Source: an uncultured Gemmatimonadales bacterium
Lineage (GTDB): Bacteria > Gemmatimonadota > Gemmatimonadetes > Gemmatimonadales > Gemmatimonadaceae
Reading direction: 5' to 3'
Assembly: GCA_963850905.1 (NCBI GenBank)
Contig: CAWKMU010000003.1
Coordinates: 672,001-736,000, forward strand
Length of the DNA stretch: 64,000 nt
Positions 49,835-61,417 of this stretch are shown here, in pieces. The position numbers were made by a program, and so were the translations under genes. Each line of letters opens with the position of its first letter. The stretch's first letter is position 1. The notes under the pieces are model-generated. The model did not search any database. It saw nothing but the letters and a program-made list of their open reading frames with translations, and was not told where the DNA came from.

Positions 49835-51277
49835 TCACGGCTGCGCGGCTGTCTTGCCGGCCACCGGTCTCGCACCCGGCGGCCCATGATCCCAGTCCTG
49901 CGCGCTCGAGATGTTCGGCATCCCCCAATCTTCGCCATTCCAGCCGTTGAACCCATCGAGCTTGAAGAACCAGGCGCCGGTGTTGGAGTCCGTGATCATG
50001 ATGAGCCCGTCGGTGTTTCGCACCATCACCCCGAACGCGCCGTTGTACACGCTCTGACCGGAGAAATCCGGCGTGCCGCCATAGCCCGAGTTGTGCGTGC
50101 ACTCACAGGTGTAGTACCAGCCCTTGGTCCTCGGGTGCGCCGGATCCTGCATGTTGAAGATCTGCAGCCCGTCCTCGTAGGCCGACACGAACACGTACGG
50201 CCAGCGGACTTCGTGGTTGTGGGCGAGATCGTTCCAGTCCGCATTCCACACCGCCACAGGCTGCGTGATCGCCTGCACCTTGCCCTCGAGCCCCGGGCGG
50301 AGATCGAAGATACGCAGCGGCGCCCACTGATACTCCGTCTCCGTCACCGCGAAGTTGCCGTCGGGCGTCGGCGTGAACGTGTGGCCCCACGCGATCCCGG
50401 CAGGTCCGACGATCGAGGTGATGAGCTTCGGCTCTTCCGGCTTGCGTGACATCGTAGACGTAGTACCCGCCACCGCCCGCGCCGTAGAACTTGTCCTGCG
50501 CACGTCGCCGGATCGTAGCCCACGTAGAAGTCGTGGTATCCTTGCAGCAGGATCTGCACGTTGGCAAATCCGGGCAGCACCTCGCCGCGCGCGTTGTTGG
50601 GCGGGACGGGGACCGTGCCGATCAGCTGGTGGTCCGTATCGCCCGCGAGCACCTTGTCCATGTCGTAGACGTTCGCGACGTTCGATGTCGTCGTCGTGAA
50701 CAGCAGCACGCGCCCGTCCGAGTGCTTGTACGCGAACAGGTTGTGGAATCCGCCCGGGGTCTCCGGTGCGCGGATGCGCGCCACGACTTTGACCTTGCTC
50801 GTGTCCGGCAAGCCCGTGACATCGAAGATGATCGCGCCGAGGTCGGCGTCCGGCGTGCCCTGCGCGAACTGGATGCATACGGCGACGTAGTACCGCCCGT
50901 GCAGCTTGAAGTACTTGGCGCGGAGCCCGCCGAGTCCCCGGTGCAGGCTCACGTTCTCGATCTGCCAGCGGTACAGCACCTTCACGTTGTTGAGATCGTG
51001 CAGGTCGATGATCGGAGAACCCGGCCCGTTCGCGCGACTGGGCGACATACGCGTACGGCCGCGACAGCTCCTGCTCCAGATCTGCATCCGTCACACGGAA
51101 ATAACCGCCGAGCGGGACGTGCGAAACGAGATGCACGTTCGAGCTGCCGCCAACCTTGTCGGGCAGGCCGCCATCGGGTGGCGGCGGGGCGCCGGGGTGT
51201 TGGGCCACCGCGCCCAATGCCGCCGCCATCAGGCCGGCCGCCAGTCCAACACGTAACCATCCTGTGTGCCTGCGCAT
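49835..51277 (-). CDS. LVIVD-repeat secreted protein with three +1 frameshifts (about 51013, 50503, 50446)
   Basis: GAGGAAGG RBS; continuous protein across three frames: GFS/IIDL, YDPAT/AQDKFY, YDVT/KPEEP; HNHEVRWPYVFVSAYEDG. Confidence 0.8.
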   Translation of the reverse strand: MRRHTGWLRVGLAAGLMAAALGAVAQHPGAPPPPDGGLPDKVGGSSNVHLVSHVPLGGYFRVTDADLEQELSRPYAYVAQSRERAGFSDHRPARSQQREGAVPLADREREPAPGTRRAPRQVLQAARAVLRRRMHPVRAGHAGRRPRRDHLRCHGLAGHEQGQSRGAHPRTGDPGRIPQPVRVQALGRARAAVHDDDIERRERLRHGQGARGRYGPPADRHGPRPAQQRARRGAARICQRADPAARIPRLLRGLRSGDVRRTSSTARAVAGTTSTMSRKPEEPKLITSIVGPAGIAWGHTFTPTPDGNFAVTETEYQWAPLRIFDLRPGLEGKVQAITQPVAVWNADWNDLAHNHEVRWPYVFVSAYEDGLQIFNMQDPAHPRTKGWYYTCECTHNSGYGGTPDFSGQSVYNGAFGVMVRNTDGLIMITDSNTGAWFFKLDGFNGWNGEDWGMPNISSAQDWDHGPPGARPVAGKTAAQP

Positions 51278-51617
51278 ACGCCTTCCTCGTCGGTGGGGTT
51301 GAGTCGTCGCCGAGACCGGGTGCCGATGATTGGGCCTGCAACGGTACTGCGGACAGGCCGGGCGCGCTAGGCGATGGCGGGTCGTACGAACGGGGCAAAG
51401 ACGCGCATGGGAGTCCTGATCTCGCCTCGACGTGGCCGCGACGAAAGCGACCCATCACCGTCACCCGTCACTCCTCACCCGGTCGGTGCGCTGCTCGATC
51501 GTTGGCACGACCACTGCGACCATGGTAGACTGGCCAGCCGCGAGACGGTCGCCAACGTTTAGACGGAGACGCTGCGTTCAACCGGTGATTGGGTTGCCCG
51601 GCCTGACTGATGGCCAC

Positions 51618-52298
51618 ATGACACGCCTCGCGTGCGAGGCGCTGCTGTTCGATTTGGACGGTGTCCTGGTCGACTCGACAGCGTGCATCGAAGAGATGTG
51701 GCGGCAATGGTCTGCACAGCATGGTCTCGACCCCGCCGGTGTGCTGGGCCTGGCCCACGGCCGGCGCGCGCTCGAGATCGTGCGAATCGCGGCGCCGCAC
51801 CTGAACCCGGCTACCGAAATGGCGACGCTGGTCGCCGCAGAGGCCCGGGTGACAGCCGGCATCTGCGAGGTGAAAGGCGCGCGCGAGTTGCTCGACGGCC
51901 TCCCGCCCGACCGTTGGGCCGTCGTTACATCCGGGGTGCGCGCGGTGGCCGTGCACCGGCTGCGGTATGTCGGACTCCCGGTGCCGGCCGTGATGGTCTG
52001 CGCCGATGAGGTGCGCTCCGGCAAGCCAGATCCCGAAGGGTATCTCGCCGCAGCCGCCCGCCTGGGCCGCGCGCCGCACGACTGTATCGTCGTCGAGGAC
52101 GCACCCCTCGGTGTCGAGGCCGCGCAGGCCGGGGGCATGCGCGCCATCGCGGTCGCGACCACGTTCCCGCCCGACGCGTTCTCCGGCCACACGGCGATCG
52201 TCCGCGCACTGCGCGCGTTGACCCTGCACGTTCACAACGACGAAGGCGCACCTCACCTCGAGATCGAAGTGGCATCGGAGGTCACCGCTCTCGCGTAA
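51618..52298 (+). CDS. HAD family phosphatase (YfbT-like)
   Basis: LFDLDGVLVDS, HGRR, WAVVTSG, GKPDPEGY, VVED. Confidence 0.92.
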   Translation: MTRLACEALLFDLDGVLVDSTACIEEMWRQWSAQHGLDPAGVLGLAHGRRALEIVRIAAPHLNPATEMATLVAAEARVTAGICEVKGARELLDGLPPDRWAVVTSGVRAVAVHRLRYVGLPVPAVMVCADEVRSGKPDPEGYLAAAARLGRAPHDCIVVEDAPLGVEAAQAGGMRAIAVATTFPPDAFSGHTAIVRALRALTLHVHNDEGAPHLEIEVASEVTALA

Positions 52299-52331
52299 CT
52301 CGCCGCTGATGACGATGTTTGAGAGGCCGAT

Positions 52332-52382
52332 GTCTCCTTTCTCCTTTCTGTACTTCTCCTTTCTATCGCGCGCCAGCGCGAT
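52332..52382 (+). repeat. Heptamer-hairpin element
   Basis: GTCTCCTTTCTCCTTTCT-GTACTT-CTCCTTTCT-ATCGCGC-GCCA-GCGCGAT. Confidence 0.85.
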
Positions 52383-52394
52383 CCGGGGGTGCTT

Positions 52395-52775
52395 GTGAAA
52401 GCATGGATGAGTGGCGCGATCGCCGGTCTCGCGGTCGTCGCTGTCGGATTTGGAGCGATGCACGCGCAGCAACCCGGACCACAATCCCAGCGCTTCCCGC
52501 AATTCGAGAACGACAATGTGAAGGTCTGGCGATCACTGGTCGTCCCCAACTCGCCCCTGACCCTGCATCGCCACGATCATCCCCGCGTGATCGTCGCCCT
52601 CAACGGCGGCACGATGAAGATCGAGGTGCAGAACGGCCCGACGGAGACGCACGTGTGGGAAACCGGTAAAGCCTACTGGCTGCCCGCCAACCCGCCCAAC
52701 ACGCTGCACGTCGATGTGAACGCCGGCGACAAGCCGATTGAGGTGATGGTGGTGGAGTTGAAGCATGAACATTGA
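52395..52775 (+). CDS. Secreted cupin-domain protein
   Basis: Signal peptide; QFENDNVKVW, LHRHDHPRV, LHVDVN..IEVMVVELK. Confidence 0.85.
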   Translation: MKAWMSGAIAGLAVVAVGFGAMHAQQPGPQSQRFPQFENDNVKVWRSLVVPNSPLTLHRHDHPRVIVALNGGTMKIEVQNGPTETHVWETGKAYWLPANPPNTLHVDVNAGDKPIEVMVVELKHEH

Positions 52776-52776
52776 G

Positions 52777-52895
52777 GCTGGACGCTAGACGCTGGACTCT
52801 GGACGCTAGAGACAAACCTCGGGGCCAGCGCAGTGCACCGCCGCTGGCCCCGAGGTTTCCTTCCAGCGTCCAGCGTCTAGCGTCCAGCGTCTAGC
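52777..52895. repeat. AGCGTCY heptamer inverted array around a core hairpin (second copy)
   Basis: About 5x GCT(G/A)GAC-like; AAACCTCGGGGCCAGCG/CGCTGGCCCCGAGGTTT stem; 4x AGCGTC(C/T). Confidence 0.9.
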
Positions 52896-53323
52896 AGTCC
52901 CAACACCCTCATCAACGTCGCCGCGTCATAGTACTGGCGCATGCGCCGGATGCGACCGTTCTCGATATCGTACACGAAGCAATAGCGCAACTCCCCGCCC
53001 CGGCCGGTCGGCGGGATCGTACCGGTCGGCGTCACGAGCGGGCCGGTGTGCGTACCGCGCCCGACGAACTCGAGGACTGTGCCGTCCCCATCGGCGCGCA
53101 TCGCCGTGATGACAACCTTGCCGTCGGGGAACGCCGTGGCCTGGCTCTCCGCATGGGCCCGCGCCGTACGCGCACCGCGCAACGTGGTCTCGAATGGGAT
53201 GAGCTCGACGTCGACATCGTCGGCCAACACGGCCTCGTAGCTGTCGAAATCCCGCGCATTCCAACACTCCACCAGGTGATGCACCAGTTGCCGGTTCGAC
53301 GCGATCGCCGCGAGCATGCCCAT
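52877..53323 (-). CDS. SnoaL-like ester cyclase (NTF2 fold)
   Basis: WNARD, AFPD, GTHTGPL..IPPTGR, NGRI...RQYYD; start uncertain. Confidence 0.85.
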   Translation of the reverse strand: MGMLAAIASNRQLVHHLVECWNARDFDSYEAVLADDVDVELIPFETTLRGARTARAHAESQATAFPDGKVVITAMRADGDGTVLEFVGRGTHTGPLVTPTGTIPPTGRGGELRYCFVYDIENGRIRRMRQYYDAATLMRVLGLLDAGR

Positions 53324-53680
53324 GTCGGCGGCCTCATCCTGCGCGCTCCGCTTCGCCTCGGTCGATCTCGCTCCCATCGAGGCCTGAGACGGCAGCGGGG
53401 ACGTGCTCTCTCGATCACCAAATGCGCTCGTGCGTTCTGACGGGGCCACGGGCCACCTCCTGCAATGAACGGGATGGGAGGAGTACGAACGCCCCCGCCA
53501 ATGCGGCTCGACGGACGCGCCTTCACGACGCACAACGCGGGTCCTCTGGACGTTGAGCGGCCAAGATCTCATGTCAAGCTCAACCGCCACTAAGTTTCCG
53601 CCCATGTCCGGAACGGGCCGTCACGACTCCGCACAGGTCCGCGTCCCGCCGGGATCGAAGCCGTCACCGACTCGTTCTCC

Positions 53681-54808
53681 ATGAGCGCGCCACCGCGTCG
53701 CGTTCAGCTCGCCGTCGTGGGCGGGGGCATCCTCGGTCTGGCACACGCCTATCTCGCCGCGAAACGGGGCCGGTCCGTGGCGCTCTTCGAGCGGCATCCC
53801 ATGGCGTCCGGGGCGTCCGTCCGAAATTTCGGCACGATCTGGCCGATCGGTCAGCCCGCTGGTGAGATGCACGACCTCGCGCTCCGCAGTCGCGCCCTGT
53901 GGATCGACATGCTGCGCGAAACCGGGTTGCCCTACCTCCCGACGGGATCGCTCCACCTCGCATACCGCCGCGACGAGCTGGATGTCCTGCAGGAATTCGC
54001 AGAGCTCGCGCCAGACCTCGGCTATCATTGCACGCTCGAGTCGCCCCGCGCGATCGCGGAGCGCACTGCCGCCGTGCGGTCCACCGGACTGCTTGGCGGT
54101 CTCTGGAGCGACACCGAGCTCACCGTGGACCCACGCCGCATCGTCGGCGCACTGCCCGCCGTCCTCCGCGACTTGGGCGCCGACGTGCAGTTCGCGTGTC
54201 CGGTGGTGGGCATCGACCTCCCTCGCATCGAGACGTCGCGAGGCACCTGGGAGGCGGACTCCGTCGTCGTGTGCTCCGGCGACGATTTCGAGACGCTGTA
54301 TCCCGAGATCTTTGCCGCGAGCGGATTGACCCGCTGCAAGCTGCAGATGATGCGAACCGCGCCACAGCCAGCCGGGTGGCAGCTCGGCCCGGCGCTCGCC
54401 GCCGGACTGACATTGCGGTTCTACAAAGCGTTCCGCGCCTGCAAGAGTCTGGACGCGCTGCGCGCCCGGATCGCCGCCGAGCGGCCCGCGTATGATCAGT
54501 GGCACATCCACACGCTCGTTGCCCAAACCGCTGACGGCGCGATCACACTGGGCGACTCGCATGAATACGGCGACGCGCCCGGCGTGTTCGATCGTGCCGA
54601 GATCGATGCGCTCATCCTCGATGAGGTCCGCACATACTTGCAGCTGCCCGAGTGGCGGCTGGCCGAGCGCTGGCACGGCATCTATGCGTGGCACCCCGAG
54701 TACCCGGTGATCACGCGCGAGCCAACGCCGGGCGTCCGCATCGTCACCGGGGTCGGTGGCGCCGGCATGACGCTGTCATTTGGCCTCGCGGAGCGGACCT
54801 TCCAATGA
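53681..54808 (+). CDS. TIGR03364-type FAD-dependent oxidoreductase (aminophosphonate oxidase-like)
   Basis: VVGGGILGLAHA, GASVRNFG, RCKLQMMR, GDSHEY, ERWHGIY, GGAGMTLSFG; coupled to phnX. Confidence 0.88.
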   Translation: MSAPPRRVQLAVVGGGILGLAHAYLAAKRGRSVALFERHPMASGASVRNFGTIWPIGQPAGEMHDLALRSRALWIDMLRETGLPYLPTGSLHLAYRRDELDVLQEFAELAPDLGYHCTLESPRAIAERTAAVRSTGLLGGLWSDTELTVDPRRIVGALPAVLRDLGADVQFACPVVGIDLPRIETSRGTWEADSVVVCSGDDFETLYPEIFAASGLTRCKLQMMRTAPQPAGWQLGPALAAGLTLRFYKAFRACKSLDALRARIAAERPAYDQWHIHTLVAQTADGAITLGDSHEYGDAPGVFDRAEIDALILDEVRTYLQLPEWRLAERWHGIYAWHPEYPVITREPTPGVRIVTGVGGAGMTLSFGLAERTFQ

Positions 54809-55587
54809 CCGACAGATTCTCGCACCTCACGGGCATCATCCTGGATTGGGCGGGCACGATCGTCGATCACGGCAGCCTCGCGCCGGTCATCGCGATGCAA
54901 CGCGCCTTCGCAGCGGCCGGCATCGCCGTCACACCGGCCGAGATTCGTGCACCCATGGGGTTGCCCAAGAAGGAGCACATTCGTGCGATTGCACAGGCCA
55001 GGCACCTGGACGCCGATGTCGACGCCCTGTACGCCAGTTTCATCCCGCAGCAGATGGAGAGCCTCACGGCGCACTCGGATGTGATCACAGGCGTGAGCGA
55101 CACGATTGCGCGCCTGCGCGCACGCGGCCTCAAGATCGGATCGACGACAGGCTACAGCCGCGCCATGCTCGACTACGTGTTGCAGCAGGCACGCACGCAG
55201 GGCCTCGCGCCCGACTGTGCCCTCGCCCCGGAGGACGTCGGTGGAGGCCGGCCCATGCCATGGATGTGCTACGAAGCCGCGGTGCGGATGCGCGTCTACC
55301 CGCTCTGGACCCTGGTGAAGATCGGTGACACCGAGGCCGACATCGACGAAGGCCGCAACGCCGGCCTGTGGACGATTGGCGTCGCCCGCACAGGAAATGA
55401 GATCGGCCTCTCTGAGCGCGACTGGCACGCACTGGCCGCCGACCGCCAGGCCGCGCTCTTGGCGCTCGCCCGCGATCGTCTCCGTGCCGCGCGCGCCGAC
55501 TACGTCATCGACGCCGTCGCCGATGTGGAGCCGACGCTGGAGGCAATCGATGCGCGGTTGGCGCGCGGTGAAAGGCCGCACGGCTGA
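54805..55587 (+). CDS. phnX: Phosphonoacetaldehyde hydrolase
   Basis: ATGA overlap; DWAGTIVDHGS.AP; RAPMGLPKKEHIR (Schiff-base Lys); STTGY; GRP.PWM; VKIGDT. Confidence 0.93.
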   Translation: MTDRFSHLTGIILDWAGTIVDHGSLAPVIAMQRAFAAAGIAVTPAEIRAPMGLPKKEHIRAIAQARHLDADVDALYASFIPQQMESLTAHSDVITGVSDTIARLRARGLKIGSTTGYSRAMLDYVLQQARTQGLAPDCALAPEDVGGGRPMPWMCYEAAVRMRVYPLWTLVKIGDTEADIDEGRNAGLWTIGVARTGNEIGLSERDWHALAADRQAALLALARDRLRAARADYVIDAVADVEPTLEAIDARLARGERPHG

Positions 55588-55768
55588 ACAGCGGGCCAGG
55601 GGTCAGGGGTCAGGGAACAAATCGAAAGGCTGATCACGATGCGCCGCGTCCGGCCTTGGGCCGGTAGGGGCGACGCATTGCGTCGCCCGTTGTTGTCGTT
55701 GCCGTTGTCGTTCCCTGACCCCTGACCCCGGACCCCGGACCCCGGACCCCTGGCCCCGCTGTTCAGCC
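55582..55768 (+). repeat. Composite REP element inside a long inverted repeat with GGGGTCA/TGACCCC arms
   Basis: GGCTGAACAGCGGG ... CCCGCTGTTCAGCC; REP at 55664-55688. Confidence 0.9.
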
Positions 55769-55847
55769 TTGGAAGGCATACACCAGAGGATCAAGGGGTC
55801 GGGATTGGCAGCACCTCGACATCCTAACTGATCGTGGCTTCGTTATG

Positions 55848-55899
55848 GTCTACTTTCTACTTTCTGCAGTTCGACTTTCTCTTGAATGCCCCGAGCGCC

Positions 55900-55920
<21 letters not shown>
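55848..55920 (+). repeat. Heptamer-hairpin element overlapping the lhr stop
   Basis: GTCTACTTTCTACTTTCT-N6-CGACTTTCT + CTTGAATGCCCCGAGCGC-CTCA-GCGCTCGGGCCATTCAAG. Confidence 0.85.
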
Positions 55921-60429
<4,509 letters not shown>

Positions 60430-60468
60430 AGGGGAACACTAAGGCCGGGGGCGACACGCGCCTACACC

Positions 60469-60664
60469 GCGGGCGCTCCGCGCCCGAGAAAGTAGAACGA
60501 CAGAAAGTAGAGAGTAGAAGACGGCCGCACGCCGGGTCTGCGTGCCAACTGCCTCGCGGGCATGCGCTTTGCTTTCTGGGAAAGGAAACAGGGGCGGAAA
60601 GCAGACGGGAGTTGTCTACTTTCTACTTTCTGAAGGTCTACTTTCTCGGGCGCGCAGCGCCCGC
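60469..60664. repeat. Heptamer-hairpin element, inverted doublet
   Basis: GCGGGCGC-TCC-GCGCCCGAGAAAGTAG-N6-AGAAAGTAGAGAGTAG ... GTCTACTTTCTACTTTCT-N6-CTACTTTCTCGGGCGC-GCA-GCGCCCGC. Confidence 0.9.
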
Positions 60665-60675
60665 AGGAGTGAGCG

Positions 60676-60930
60676 ATGCTACTCTGGTGGATCATCGTGG
60701 GACTCATCGCCGGTTGGGCAACTGGGAAGATCATGCGCGGATCGGGCTTCGGACCGTTGCTCGACATCATCATCGGCATCGTCGGCGCGGTCATCGGCGG
60801 GTATGTCATGTCCGCACTCGGTTTCGCCGGTCAAGGCGGCACCATCTACACGATCGCGGTCGCAATCATCGGCGCCTGTATTCTGGTGGCCCTCGTCCGG
60901 CTCATCACCGGCCGTCGCGCCCCGGTTTAG
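60676..60930 (+). CDS. GlsB/YeaQ/YmgE stress-response membrane protein
   Basis: AGGAG RBS; WIIVGLIAGW..IM.G.G.G...DIIIGIVGAVIGG. Confidence 0.92.
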   Translation: MLLWWIIVGLIAGWATGKIMRGSGFGPLLDIIIGIVGAVIGGYVMSALGFAGQGGTIYTIAVAIIGACILVALVRLITGRRAPV

Positions 60931-60934
60931 GACT

Positions 60935-61066
60935 CTTCTTTCTTCTTTCTTCTTTCTCCTTTCTCCTCTCCCCTTTCTCCTCTCCCCTTTCTACGGCCGC
61001 GCAGCGGCCGTTGTCGTCTCCTCTCTCCTTTCTCCTTACTCCTCTCTACGACCGCGCGGCGGTCGT
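60935..61066 (+). repeat. Two tandem heptamer-hairpin elements
   Basis: Pyrimidine 7-mer array + ACGGCCGC-GCA-GCGGCCGT, then a second array + ACGACCGC-GCG-GCGGTCGT. Confidence 0.85.
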
Positions 61067-61417
61067 TGCGCTCCACGCGAGTAGGCCGGCGAACACGAGC
61101 GTCATCGCGACCAGGACCGCGCCGGGAACGCCGGCGACCGTGCCGAGCGTCCGGGCGAGCAGCGGGAGCGGCCCAAGTGCCGCGATCCAGGCGAGCAGTG
61201 CCGCCCAGGCGACGACGGCGCACGTCGCCGCCGTGAGTCCGGCCGCCACCGGCGGCTTCGTGTTCTTGCTCGACCAGATACCCCACGCCAACCCGACGAC
61301 CGGGACACCCCACCACCCGACAACCCACGTCGCGACGCCGAAACAGAGCGTAAGTCCCGCGCACACAGCCGGCGGAGCGAGTTCGACGCGCCGCCTGGGG
61401 AGGGCCGGGGTGCTCAT
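61046..61417 (-). CDS. Hypothetical membrane protein
   Basis: ATGA overlap with the upstream acylase; GWWGVPVV; about four hydrophobic segments. Confidence 0.7.
   Translation of the reverse strand: MSTPALPRRRVELAPPAVCAGLTLCFGVATWVVGWWGVPVVGLAWGIWSSKNTKPPVAAGLTAATCAVVAWAALLAWIAALGPLPLLARTLGTVAGVPGAVLVAMTLVFAGLLAWSATTAARS

Noticed and set aside
49835..51277. Programmed frameshifting or phase variation
   Set aside because: No slippery runs at the three sites; the same +1 pattern occurs in unrelated genes.
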